From Chloroflexota bacterium (lineage in GTDB: Bacteria; Chloroflexota; UBA11872; VXOZ01): a stretch of 64,000 bases of DNA. Location: the NCBI GenBank assembly GCA_963662335.2, contig CAXXVD010000001.1, positions 384,001 to 448,000 on the forward strand, in the 5' to 3' direction. The position numbers and the translations under genes are program-made. The notes beneath the pieces are model-generated. The model was not told the DNA's origin. It made no database searches and saw only the letters and a program-made list of their open reading frames with translations. Shown in pieces: positions 9,641-19,597 of the stretch. The stretch's first letter is position 1, and the number at the start of each line of letters is the position of its first letter.

Positions 9641-10197
9641 GCCGCCGCAGCCATTGAAACAGACATGTAGAGGATTGACCTGCAAGATTCGCAGGTTACA
9701 AACCTGCGCTACCGGAGACTTCGGACGCGAGATTTGCTGTCTTTCTGTTTGCTGCGACAGCATCAGGGGCAAGCCCCCGTGCTCCGGCGAAACGGCGTAG
9801 GGGCACGACATGTCGTGCCCCTACGCCTGTTGGCAAACGAGGCAAGGGTGTTCTTGTGACGCCCTTCCAAGCAAGTGCGACAGCAGCGGGGGACAAGCCC
9901 CCGCGCTACGATGTGGCGAAGAGGCGGGGGACGAGCCCCCGCGCTACGGTTTGCGCAAGAGGCGGGGGACTAGCCCCCGCGCCACGGTTTGGCCAAGAGG
10001 CGGGGGACAAGCCCCAATGTTGTCGCATTAACGTAGCGCGGGGGCTAGTCCCCCGCCGGAGCCATTGAAACTGACACGAAAGAGAATTGACCTAACAGCC
10101 TCGCAGGTTACAAACCTGCGCTACCAGAAGTCTGGGACGCGAGTTTTGCCGTCTCTTTGTTTAATGCGACAACATTAGGGACAAGCCCCCGCGCTAC
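9641..10197. repeat. cluster of GTAG-type REP palindromes / REPIN-like composite units
   Basis: Multiple GCGGGGGACAAGCCCCCGCGCTAC, two CGCAGGTTACAAACCTGCGCTAC, and GTAGGGGCACGACATGTCGTGCCCCTAC at 9797-9824. Confidence 0.85.
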
Positions 10198-10277
10198 GGC
10201 GTGCCAATTGGGGGCGGACTGCGCGCCCGGGGTCTCCCAGAGCCGGTATAATCGAAAGAAAGACACGGGAGCGCGGC

Positions 10278-10883
10278 ATGTTTACGGGCATCATCACGGC
10301 GCTTGGCACGGTCGAGCGCATGGCGGTTACTTCGGCGGGCGCGGAGTTGGCGATTGCGGCGCCGGAGCTTGCGGAAGACCTCAGCGCCGGTGAGAGCGTG
10401 GCCGTCAACGGCGCGTGCCTTACGGTGGCCGCACTCGCGCCGCCCATATTCACCGCACAGCTTACGCCGGAGACTCTGGCCCGCACCTGCCTAAGCGACC
10501 TGGCGGCCGGCGACACGGTGAACTTGGAACCCGCCTTGCGCCTGGGCGATCGTCTTGGCGGCCACGTGGTGCAAGGCCACGTCGATGCTACCGGCGCCAT
10601 TCGCGAGCGCAGCGCGGTGGGCGAATCCGTGGTGATGCGCTTCGCCGCGCCGCCGGACGTGCGCCGCTACCTGATCGTGAAAGGCTCGATCGCCGTAGAC
10701 GGCGTCAGCCTGACCGTTGCCGACCTCGATGCGCAGTCATTTGCCGTTTCCCTGGTACAATATACCCAAGAACACACGAATCTCATGCGCAAGCCGCCGG
10801 GCGCGCGTGTTAATCTGGAAGTAGACCTGTTCGCGAAATACGTGGAGCGCCTGTTGCCGCAAGCGCCGAGTCCGCAGCGCTAA
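10278..10883 (+). CDS. ribE: riboflavin synthase (alpha chain)
   Basis: MFTGI start, SVAVNGACLTV, GGHVVQGHVD, GSIAVDGVSLT, VNLEVD. Confidence 0.97.
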   Translation: MFTGIITALGTVERMAVTSAGAELAIAAPELAEDLSAGESVAVNGACLTVAALAPPIFTAQLTPETLARTCLSDLAAGDTVNLEPALRLGDRLGGHVVQGHVDATGAIRERSAVGESVVMRFAAPPDVRRYLIVKGSIAVDGVSLTVADLDAQSFAVSLVQYTQEHTNLMRKPPGARVNLEVDLFAKYVERLLPQAPSPQR

Positions 10884-10902
10884 GCGCAAGGAAGCAACAC
10901 GA

Positions 10903-12120
10903 ATGCCACTGGCAACCATTGAAGAGGCCGTCAGGGAGTACCGCCGCGGCAACTTCGTCATCATCATCGATGACAAAGACCGGGAGAACGAAGGCGATCT
11001 CTGCATTGCCGCGGAGAAGATCACGCCCGAGCAGATCAACTTCATGGCCAAGCACGGGCGCGGCCTGATCTGCGCGCCGCTCACCGGCCAGCGGTTGGAC
11101 GAACTGCGCATTCCGCTGATGGTGTCGAACAACACCACCATGTATGGCACGGCGTTCACCGTTTCCGTAGAGTCGCGGCACGGCGTCGCCAGCGGCATCT
11201 CGGCGTTCGACCGGGCGACCACCATCAAGGCGCTCGTTGACCCCGATACCGCGCCCAGCGACCTGATCATGCCGGGGCACACCTTTCCCTTGCGCGCCTG
11301 CGACGGCGGGGTGCTGGTCCGCGCCGGCCATACGGAAGCGAGTATCGACCTGGCCAAGCTGGCCGACCTCTATCCCGGCGCGGTGGTCTGCGAGATCATG
11401 GACGATGACGGCAAGATGATGCGCCTGCCGCAACTGGAGGAGTTCGCCGCCAGGCACGGCATCATCATCATCAGCATCGCCGACCTCATCGAGTACCGCT
11501 ACCGCACGGAGAGCATCGCGCGGCGGGTTGCCCGCAGCCGCATTCCCACCGAGTTTGGCGAGTTTGCGGCGGTCGCGTACGAGAGCACCGCCGACGGGCA
11601 GGAAGGGATTGCGCTGGTTGCCGGCGCGATCACGCCGGACGAACCGGCGCTGGTGCGCGTCCACTCCCAGTGCGCCACCGGCGACGCGCTCGGTTCGCTG
11701 CGCTGCGATTGCGGCATGCAACTGCGCCTCGCCATGCGCATGGTGCAGGAAGCGGGCAAGGGAGTCATCCTCTACCTGAATCAAGAAGGCCGCGGCATCG
11801 GGCTGATGAACAAGATGCGCGCTTACGAGTTGCAGGACGACGGTCTCGATACAGTCGAGGCCAATCATCGCCTGGGCTTGGGCGCGGACCAGCGTCACTA
11901 CGGTTTCGGCTGCCAGGTGTTGAAAGATCTGGGCGCGCACAAAGTGCGGCTGCTTACCAACAGCCCCATCAAGGCGGCGGCGCTGCGCGTCTACGGCCTA
12001 GAGATGGTCGAGCGCGTGCCCCTGAACGTGGAACCGAACAGCGAGAACCGCCGCTACCTGCAAACGAAACGTGATAGACTGGGACACGATCTGTCGTTTG
12101 CCGCGCAGGACACGGAGTGA
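10903..12120 (+). CDS. ribBA: bifunctional DHBP synthase / GTP cyclohydrolase II
   Basis: DDKDRENEGD, RAGHTEA, RVHSQC.TGD..GSLRCDCG, QEGRGIGL. Confidence 0.97.
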   Translation: MPLATIEEAVREYRRGNFVIIIDDKDRENEGDLCIAAEKITPEQINFMAKHGRGLICAPLTGQRLDELRIPLMVSNNTTMYGTAFTVSVESRHGVASGISAFDRATTIKALVDPDTAPSDLIMPGHTFPLRACDGGVLVRAGHTEASIDLAKLADLYPGAVVCEIMDDDGKMMRLPQLEEFAARHGIIIISIADLIEYRYRTESIARRVARSRIPTEFGEFAAVAYESTADGQEGIALVAGAITPDEPALVRVHSQCATGDALGSLRCDCGMQLRLAMRMVQEAGKGVILYLNQEGRGIGLMNKMRAYELQDDGLDTVEANHRLGLGADQRHYGFGCQVLKDLGAHKVRLLTNSPIKAAALRVYGLEMVERVPLNVEPNSENRRYLQTKRDRLGHDLSFAAQDTE

Positions 12121-12593
12121 ACGCACCTGTGGCACGCACCATCGAGGGCACGTTCGCGAGCGCGGACCACCGCTTCGGTATCGTGGCGGCGCGCTTCAAC
12201 GAACTCTTCGTGGACCGGCTCATCCACGGCGCGGTAGACGGCCTGACGCGCCACGGCGTGAACGACGACGCCATCGTCGTGGTGCGCGTGCCCGGTTCTT
12301 TGGAGATTCCCCTTGCGGCCCAGCGCCTGGCCGCGAATGGCGGCTATAGCGCCATCATTTGCCTGGGCGTCGTGATCCGGGGGGCTACCGCGCACTTCCA
12401 GCACGTGACCGACGGGGCCGCCAGCGGCATCGCCCAGGTCGCCCTTACCCACGACGTGCCGGTCATCAACGGCCTGATCGCGGCGGAATCGCTGGAACAA
12501 GCCACGGAACGCGCCGGCACGAAACTGGGCAACAAGGGCTTCGACGCCGCCCTGGCCGCGTTGGAGATGGCGAATCTGCTGAAGCAGATCTAG
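12117..12593 (+). CDS. ribH: 6,7-dimethyl-8-ribityllumazine synthase
   Basis: IVAARFN, VPGSLEIP, LGVVIRGAT.HF, ERAGTKLGNKG. Confidence 0.97.
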   Translation: MNAPVARTIEGTFASADHRFGIVAARFNELFVDRLIHGAVDGLTRHGVNDDAIVVVRVPGSLEIPLAAQRLAANGGYSAIICLGVVIRGATAHFQHVTDGAASGIAQVALTHDVPVINGLIAAESLEQATERAGTKLGNKGFDAALAALEMANLLKQI

Positions 12594-12786
12594 GCGCGCC
12601 TCTCGACGCACGGTTGGGCCGCACCGGCGCTCTCCTCCCTCTGACCGCGAGACGGCGCTCTGCTCGGCGTATCGGACTACAGCCACCGCTCAGACACGAG
12701 CCGTCTTCTGCCAGCGTGTTACGCTGTATCCATGATTGCGGTACAGTGGAACCAAGGAGTTTGGAGCAACAGAGTCAGGAACGCAG

Positions 12787-13935
12787 ATGAATCAGGGGAC
12801 GTTCCCGCTCTTTCGGTTAGCGGGCATTACCGTGCGTCTGCATTACACCTGGTTCTTGGCATTCTTTCTCATTGCCTGGTCGTTGCCGCGCTTTGTCTTT
12901 CCGCTCGGATACCCCGGCTGGTCCGACGTCCACTATTGGCTTGCGGGCAGCGCGGCCGCGCTGTTGCTCTTCGCGTCGGTGCTGTTTCACGAGTTTGCGC
13001 ACTCGTTCGTGGCGCTCTGGCGCGGCCTGAAAGTCGATAGCATAACGCTCTTCGTCTTTGGCGGCGCGGCCGCGCTCACGTCCGAGCCGCGGCGGCCGGG
13101 CGACGAGTTCCTGATTGCCGTGGTTGGCCCCGCCAGCAGCCTGCTCCTCGCCGTCGTCTTCTTCATGCTGAGCATCCTCATCCCACCGGACGTACCGGCG
13201 CGCGCCTTCGCCATCCATCTGGCGTTTGCGAACGGCGTCCTTGCCGTTTTCAATTTGCTCCCCGGCTTCCCGCTGGACGGCGGCCGCGTATTTCGCGCCA
13301 TCGTTTGGGCCGTCACCGGCAGCATGAGGAAGGGTACGACCATCGCCACCATCGTGGGGCAGGTCTTCGCCTTCGGCCTGATCGCGCTCGGCATCTACCT
13401 GGTCTTCAACGGCGGCCTCTTGTTCGGCATCTGGAATATCTTCATCGGTTGGTTCCTCAATGGCGCCGCCGCCGCGAACCGCCGCCAGGTGACCCAGGAC
13501 GAGTCCTTGCGCGGCATCACCGCCGCCGCCCTTATGCGCGCCAATCCACCCGTAGCGCATCCCGACGAGACCATGGACAGCGTCGTGCTGACCATGCTTG
13601 CCGACGAGGGCGTCCGCGCCCTGCCGGTGGTGCGGGAGGGCCGCGTGGCCGGCATCATCACCATCAGCGACGTGCGCGCCGTGCGCCAGGCCGACTGGTA
13701 CCGCACGCCAGTGGCCAGCGTCATGACCCCCGCGCCGCTCATCACCGTGGGGCCAAACGAGCCGATCCTGCACGTCTTCGCGCTGTTGGATGAGCACGCC
13801 ATCCACCACGTGCTGGTGATGGATGGCGACGCGCTCGTGGGAGTGCTGAGCCGGGGCGACATGGTGCGCTTGCTCGAGCTTTCCGGCTCGCCGGCCCCCA
13901 GCGGGATGCGCGCCCAGCGGCCGGCAGACCGCTAA
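12787..13935 (+). CDS. site-2 protease (M50) with CBS pair
   Basis: HEFAH, NLLPGFPLDGGR, two C-terminal CBS domains. Confidence 0.93.
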   Translation: MNQGTFPLFRLAGITVRLHYTWFLAFFLIAWSLPRFVFPLGYPGWSDVHYWLAGSAAALLLFASVLFHEFAHSFVALWRGLKVDSITLFVFGGAAALTSEPRRPGDEFLIAVVGPASSLLLAVVFFMLSILIPPDVPARAFAIHLAFANGVLAVFNLLPGFPLDGGRVFRAIVWAVTGSMRKGTTIATIVGQVFAFGLIALGIYLVFNGGLLFGIWNIFIGWFLNGAAAANRRQVTQDESLRGITAAALMRANPPVAHPDETMDSVVLTMLADEGVRALPVVREGRVAGIITISDVRAVRQADWYRTPVASVMTPAPLITVGPNEPILHVFALLDEHAIHHVLVMDGDALVGVLSRGDMVRLLELSGSPAPSGMRAQRPADR

Positions 13936-14266
13936 GCCGGCGCTTCCAAGTCCCTTTGTCGCCTTCTTTCCTTCAGTTGCCAGCGGGCAGCCAAATGCGT
14001 AGAATGCACGTTAACGTGCACGTCAAAGGCCGGTTGCGCGTCCCATTGCGGGCGGTTGCGCGTCCGCCGCGCGGCGCGAACGCGGACGCCGCTGACGGTT
14101 TCGTCCGGCCATTCGAGAAAAGATTGACACACTGAGCGTCCAAGCCTCGACACCGAAGTCCAATGAGCCCGAAACCGCGGCCGGCCCCGGCGACGGCGAG
14201 AAGACGCGGGGCATCGCGTCCATAGCTCGCACTTTCGACGCGCTGACCGTCCCCGCCTTCCGCGAC

Positions 14267-15484
14267 ATGTGGCTGAGCATGTTGATCGGCTTTGGCGGGC
14301 TGCAAGTCGCCATCATCTCGCGCGGCTATTTGGCGTTCGACCTCACCGGTTCCGCCGGCATGCTCGGCCTCGTCAGCCTGGCCATGGGCGTGCCCATGCT
14401 GGTGTTCTCGCCGGTGGCCGGCGTACTGGCCGACCGGCTGGACAAGCGCAGTCTGCTAGTCGGCACGCATCTCTTCATGTTCGTGAATTCCGGCATTCTG
14501 GCGTTTCTCATCCACACGGGCCTCATTGCCGTCTGGCATCTCATCGTCTTCGGCTTCATGCAGGGAATTGCCTTCTCGCTCCACATGCCTACGCGCTCCT
14601 CGCTCATTCCCGCGCTGGTGGGGCGGGAACGGCTCGGCAACGCCATCGCGCTCAACAACTCCGGCCGCAATATGATGACGATCGTGGGGCCGGCGGTGGC
14701 GGGCATCGTCATCGTGACGCCGTGGCTGGGTGTTGCCGGCGCTTTCGACATCACCGCCTGCTGCTACGGCGCGGCCACGCTCTTCATCCTGCGCCTGCCC
14801 AAGACCGGCGACGGCGGCAAGCAAGCCAAGCCCGGCAAGTTCTCCGCGCAGATGGTGGACGGCTTCAGGTACGTCTTCACCGAGCGCACGCTGCTCTTGC
14901 TCTTGAGCCTGGCGTTCGTACCGCTGCTGCTGGGACGGCCCTACCAGATGCTGCTGCCGGTCTTTCAGGCGGACGTGCTGGGCGTGGACGCGCGCTGGCT
15001 CGGCTTCCTGAACGCGGCCACCGGCGCCGGCGGCCTGCTCGGTTCGCTGCTCGTGGCCTACCTGGCGGCCAGCCAGCGCGCCAAGCTGCTGCAAGTGGTC
15101 TTCGGCGGGTTGTTCGGCATCTCACTGCTGCTCTTTGCCTACAGCACCTCGCTCACGCTGAGCCTCGTGCTGGTGGGCCTCGTGGGGCTGACGGCAAACG
15201 CGTACATGTCTCTGAACAACACGCTGGTGATGCTGCACACCGACCAGGCCTACTACGGCCGGGTGATGAGCATCTACATGATGGCCTTCTCGCTCATGCC
15301 GCTGGCCGCGTTCCCGATGGGCGTGCTGGTCGACCGCTGGAGCGCGCCGCAGGTCGTCGGGGTTGCCGGGGCGGTTATCCTGCTCTTCATCCTGGCAATC
15401 TCGGTAGCCGTGCCCAGCATGCGCCAGGAGGACACCGGTGAACCGCAGGCCGCTCCGCCCAGGCGGACTCCGGCGCCGCTGTGA
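14267..15484 (+). CDS. MFS transporter (MFS_3-like); true start probably upstream, near 14132
   Basis: GVLADRLDKR motif A, about 12 TMs, GRVMSIY; frame stays open upstream encoding RTFDALTVPAFRDMW. Confidence 0.9.
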   Translation: MWLSMLIGFGGLQVAIISRGYLAFDLTGSAGMLGLVSLAMGVPMLVFSPVAGVLADRLDKRSLLVGTHLFMFVNSGILAFLIHTGLIAVWHLIVFGFMQGIAFSLHMPTRSSLIPALVGRERLGNAIALNNSGRNMMTIVGPAVAGIVIVTPWLGVAGAFDITACCYGAATLFILRLPKTGDGGKQAKPGKFSAQMVDGFRYVFTERTLLLLLSLAFVPLLLGRPYQMLLPVFQADVLGVDARWLGFLNAATGAGGLLGSLLVAYLAASQRAKLLQVVFGGLFGISLLLFAYSTSLTLSLVLVGLVGLTANAYMSLNNTLVMLHTDQAYYGRVMSIYMMAFSLMPLAAFPMGVLVDRWSAPQVVGVAGAVILLFILAISVAVPSMRQEDTGEPQAAPPRRTPAPL

Positions 15485-15662
15485 TCTCAAATCTGTTTGC
15501 AGCGCCTTCACAGATTCTGCGCACTCACTGTGTATGCGAATACTTACAATAGAATGCCTCTTGACTACTCCGGCCCTTCGACGGTAACGTAAAGCTACGA
15601 TTCCCGTGGAGGACTTGCGGATTGGACGCCGCGCTAGGAAGTGGCTCAAGGAGCAAAGGAGT

Positions 15663-16049
15663 ATGATCTACGGCAGAGAAGAGGCTGTAGTAAAGTACGC
15701 AAGCCGCAGCCGGACACTTATTCAGCAAGCGCAAGTGGAACTCCAGCAAGGCGATGCGCCGCAAGCTTCTGAAAAAGCCTGGGGCGCGGCGGCGCAGGCC
15801 GTGAAAGCCATCGCTGAACTCAGAGGCTGGGAGCACAGAACGCACGCGCATCTCTTCCAGAACATGACCTCGATCAGCGCCGAGTTGGGCGATCCTGAGT
15901 TGCTTGCGCTGTTCAGAGAGGCCAACTCCCTGCACCAGAACTTCTATGAAGACGCGCAGACCGTTGAATCCGTGCGGGGCGGCGTTGACCACGTCGCACA
16001 ACTGGTCGCGCGGCTGCTGCCTCTGACGCCGGCGCCACCGGCGGGCTGA
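15663..16049 (+). CDS. PaREP1 family (HEPN-like) protein
   Basis: QAQVEL..GD..QASEKAWGAAA.AVKA.A..RGW.H.TH ... LHQNFYE. Confidence 0.85.
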   Translation: MIYGREEAVVKYASRSRTLIQQAQVELQQGDAPQASEKAWGAAAQAVKAIAELRGWEHRTHAHLFQNMTSISAELGDPELLALFREANSLHQNFYEDAQTVESVRGGVDHVAQLVARLLPLTPAPPAG

Positions 16050-16121
16050 TCGTTTGGACAGAGGTGTGTTTGCCGCGCCTGTGGCTGGGAGTCGATTCCG
16101 CACAACTGGAGTGACTGCAAC

Positions 16122-16835
16122 ATGGCGGAAGAAGCTGTGGAGTGGGGCTATACGGGCGAAATCGGCCCGGCGCACTGGGGCAACCTCTCGCCGGATTTTG
16201 CGGCGTGCAAACTTGGCGCGGCGCAGTCGCCAATCGACCTGACCGGCGACGCGCAACCGCGGCCCCACGACCTGGCGTTCCACTACACTCCCGCGCCATT
16301 GGAAATCGCCAACAACGGACACACCATCCAGGTAGACTATGCGCCCGGCAGCACGCTCGTCAGCGGCGGCAGAGAGTACGCGCTGCTCCAGTTCCACTTC
16401 CACCGCTTGAGCGAACACACGCGGGACGGCAGACCCGCCGACTTGGAAATGCACCTGGTGCACCAAGACGCGGCCGGGAATCTCGCCGTTGTCGGCGTCT
16501 TCCTGAATGCGGGGCGGCGAAACGAGGCGCTGCAGGCGGTGTGGGCGCACGCGCCGGCCGAGAAGGGCGGGCAGCGCCGCGCGGCAGGGACAGCCATAGA
16601 CGCTGCCGATCTGCTGCCCGCCGACCTTTCCTACTACAGCTACGTTGGCTCGCTCACCACGCCGCCGTGTTCTGAAGGCGTGCGGTGGTTCGTCCTCAGC
16701 AGCCCGGTGGAAGTTTCGCCGGCGCAACTTGCGCGATTCGCGGCGCTCTATCCGGACAACGCCCGTCCCATCCAGCCGCTCAACGGGCGGCCGGTTTTCT
16801 TTAGCCCAGCGACCGCCTACCGGCGATACGGTTGA
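16122..16835 (+). CDS. cah: alpha-class carbonic anhydrase
   Basis: WGY.G..GP.HW, QSPID, NNGHT, Zn ligands QFHFH..SEH and EMHLVH, GSLTTPPCSEGVRW, NARPIQPLNGR. Confidence 0.95.
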   Translation: MAEEAVEWGYTGEIGPAHWGNLSPDFAACKLGAAQSPIDLTGDAQPRPHDLAFHYTPAPLEIANNGHTIQVDYAPGSTLVSGGREYALLQFHFHRLSEHTRDGRPADLEMHLVHQDAAGNLAVVGVFLNAGRRNEALQAVWAHAPAEKGGQRRAAGTAIDAADLLPADLSYYSYVGSLTTPPCSEGVRWFVLSSPVEVSPAQLARFAALYPDNARPIQPLNGRPVFFSPATAYRRYG

Positions 16836-16922
16836 CTTCTTAGACGTATCGCAGTATCGTAGTTATGCCTGACCCTAGAGAACACGCGCGTTGTGCACCG
16901 TATAGAGAATGCAGAGCGAGCA

Positions 16923-17306
16923 ATGAAGGACAACGGCAGAGACGAAACCGTGGAGAAGCATCTCAGCATCAGCCGGGACTTCATTCGCCAGGCCCAAGTG
17001 GAACTTGACAAAGGCGAGCGGCTACAAGCGTCGGAGAAAGCGTGGGGCGCGGCGGCCCATGCGGTGAAGGCGGTTGCTCAGCAGCGAGAGTGGCAGCATC
17101 GCAGCCATAGCCACCTCTTTCAGGCGGTCAGCAGACTCTCTTCCGAGCAAAACGATCCTGAATTGCGCACCCTCTTCAATATAGCAAGCACGCTGCATCA
17201 GAACTTCTACGAAGATTGGCGCACCGAAGACTTCGTGCAAGACGGCATCGACGACGTGGCCCGGCTGCTTGGAAAGCTGGACTCGCTTGCGCCGCCGTCT
17301 CGCTGA
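16923..17306 (+). CDS. PaREP1 family (HEPN-like) protein, paralogue 2
   Basis: QAQVELDKGE..QASEKAWGAAAHAVKA ... LHQNFYED; clearly paralogous to 15663-16049. Confidence 0.85.
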   Translation: MKDNGRDETVEKHLSISRDFIRQAQVELDKGERLQASEKAWGAAAHAVKAVAQQREWQHRSHSHLFQAVSRLSSEQNDPELRTLFNIASTLHQNFYEDWRTEDFVQDGIDDVARLLGKLDSLAPPSR

Positions 17307-17394
17307 ACTGAGTAACGCTCTTGCACGTGTGCAGCGACCGCCTCAAAGCGCTTTACACCGGCAACTGGTAATCCGGCGTTTGCACGGCCACGTG

Positions 17395-18711
17395 CTACGC
17401 AGTAGCCGACGTATCCTCGTCCAGCAGCGTCCCGTCGCGCTCGCCGGCCGGCGTAGAGCGCTTGTCGTCGGACGCCACCAGCAGCGGTTGCGCCCGCTTG
17501 GCAATCACGTCCGCCGTCACGATCACTTCGCGCACGTCGTTGCGGGAGGGCAGGTCGTACATCACGTTCAGCAGCGCCTCTTCCATGATCGTCTGCAGCG
17601 CCCGCGCGCCGGTGGTGAGGCTCTGCGCCATCTGCGCCGCTTCTTCCAGGGCGTCGTCCTGGAAGATGAGCGACACGTCGTCCATCGCGAACAGGTGTTG
17701 GTACTGGCGCACCGGCGCGTCGCGGGGCTCGGTGAGCACCTGGATCAGTTCATCGTGGGTGAGCGCGTCCAGGCCCACCGTCACCGGCAGGCGGCCTACG
17801 AACTCGGGAATGAGGCCGTACTTCAGCAGATCGTCCGGCGAAAGCTGGCGCAGGAGATTCTTCTCCTCTTCCGCCCGTTCCGCGGCGTCCATCGCGCCAA
17901 AACCGACGCGCCGGTGACTGCCGACGCGCTTGGCGATGACGTCATTCAGGCCCTCGAACGCGCCGCCGCAAACGAAGAGAATGTCGTTGGTGTCGATCTG
18001 GATGAAGTCCTGGTGCGGGTGCTTGCGCCCGCCCTGCGGCGGCACGTTGGCCACCGTGCCCTCGATGATCTTGAGCAGGGCTTGCTGCACGCCCTCGCCG
18101 GAGACGTCCCGCGTAATCGATGGGTTGTCGGCCTTGCGGGCAATCTTGTCGATCTCGTCGATGAAGACGATGCCGCGCTCCGCCGCGCTGATGTCGTGGT
18201 CCGCCGCCTGGATCAGGCGCAGCAGGATGTTTTCCACGTCCTCGCCTACGTACCCGGCCTCGGTCAGCGAGGTGGCGTCGGCAATGCAGAACGGCACGCC
18301 CAAAATGCGCGCCAGCGTGCGCGCCAGCAGCGTCTTGCCGCAGCCGGTGGGGCCGATCAGCAGCACGTTGCTCTTGCCCAGTTCCACCTCGTTGTCGCTC
18401 TCGCCGCTCTTCACCCGCTTGTAGTGGTTGTAGACCGCTACCGCCAACACGCGCTTGGCGTGCTCCTGGCCCACGACGTATTGGTTCAGGAACTCATGAA
18501 TCTCCCGGGGACTCAGCAGGCGCGGCGGCCCGGCGCTGCTCTTGCGCTGCGACGACGTCTGCTCCTCGTGGATCAACTCCCGGCACAGGTCCACGCACTC
18601 GTCGCAGATGTACACCCCGTTCTGCCCGGAAATCAGCCGGCGCACTTCCTCCTGCGCCTTATTGCAGAACGAGCACCGGTATTGGCCCCGGCTATCACGA
18701 CGGCTTGGCAC
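17395..18711 (-). CDS. clpX: ATP-dependent Clp protease ATP-binding subunit
   Basis: C4 zinc finger [48 protein letters not shown]. Confidence 0.98.
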   Translation of the reverse strand: MPSRRDSRGQYRCSFCNKAQEEVRRLISGQNGVYICDECVDLCRELIHEEQTSSQRKSSAGPPRLLSPREIHEFLNQYVVGQEHAKRVLAVAVYNHYKRVKSGESDNEVELGKSNVLLIGPTGCGKTLLARTLARILGVPFCIADATSLTEAGYVGEDVENILLRLIQAADHDISAAERGIVFIDEIDKIARKADNPSITRDVSGEGVQQALLKIIEGTVANVPPQGGRKHPHQDFIQIDTNDILFVCGGAFEGLNDVIAKRVGSHRRVGFGAMDAAERAEEEKNLLRQLSPDDLLKYGLIPEFVGRLPVTVGLDALTHDELIQVLTEPRDAPVRQYQHLFAMDDVSLIFQDDALEEAAQMAQSLTTGARALQTIMEEALLNVMYDLPSRNDVREVIVTADVIAKRAQPLLVASDDKRSTPAGERDGTLLDEDTSATA

Positions 18712-18750
18712 GTTCGCTCTCCTTGCATCCGGTCGAATTCGGTCTCTCTG

Positions 18751-19371
18751 CTATCGGCTGGCTACGCCGTCCGTCTCCGGCTCCCGCACGGCGGACGGCA
18801 AGACGTCATCGATGAGGCCGTAATCCTTCGCTTCTTCCGCGTCCATCCAGAAGTCGCGCTCGCTGTCGCGCTCGACCTTGGCGAGTTTCTGCCCGGTGTG
18901 CCGGGCGATGATCGAGTTCACCTGGTTGCGGGTGCGCAGGATTTCCTTTGCCTCGATCTCGAGGTCGGTCGCCTGCAAGGGCCGCGACGCTTGCGTCCAC
19001 GGTTGATGAATCAACATGCGCGAGTTGGGCAGCGAATAGCGTTTGCCCGGCGTGCCGCCGGCCAGCAGCAGCGCGGCAATGCTGGCCGAAAGGCCCATGC
19101 AGTAGGTGGCAACGTCGTTCCTGATGTACTGCATGGCGTCGTAGATCGCCAAGCCCGAGTGCACGCTGCCGCCTGGTGAGTTTATGTAAAGGCCAATGTC
19201 CGCGTCGCTGTCCTCACTCGAAAGCAGCAGTAGCTGGGCAATGATGACGTTCGCCACGTTGTCGTCGACCGGCGTGCCCAGAAAGATGATCCGGTCGCGC
19301 AAGAGACGGGAAAAGATATCCAAGCCGCGTTCGCCGCGGTTCGTCGTCTCAATGACGTAGGGTATGAGCAT
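18751..19371 (-). CDS. clpP: Clp protease proteolytic subunit
   Basis: [22 protein letters not shown], triad residues in SAS, HQP and RDFWM. Confidence 0.97.
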   Translation of the reverse strand: MLIPYVIETTNRGERGLDIFSRLLRDRIIFLGTPVDDNVANVIIAQLLLLSSEDSDADIGLYINSPGGSVHSGLAIYDAMQYIRNDVATYCMGLSASIAALLLAGGTPGKRYSLPNSRMLIHQPWTQASRPLQATDLEIEAKEILRTRNQVNSIIARHTGQKLAKVERDSERDFWMDAEEAKDYGLIDDVLPSAVREPETDGVASR

Positions 19372-19597
19372 GCGTTTCTCCTTCGTAGTGGCGTTGGTGT
19401 CTAAAGTGTAAGTGGCTTAGTTTGCTGTCTTTGTGTTGCCCGGATCAACGCGGACTGCCGCGCCTTCACGAGTTCCGCTCCATTATAGAGTGCCCGCCGC
19501 GCTCCGGTCACTCTGCCGGCCGCCGCCCGGCGCGGCGCAAGCCGCCTCCCGGTCGCATAAGCCGGCGCCCCCGCGCGCCAACCCTAGCCGTCACGGT

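Noticed and set aside
9641-10197. CRISPR array (also considered 20948-21326, 45875-45994 and 6931-7110)
   Set aside because: Repeats are degenerate palindromes with irregular or no spacers, or coding tandem repeats; no cas genes
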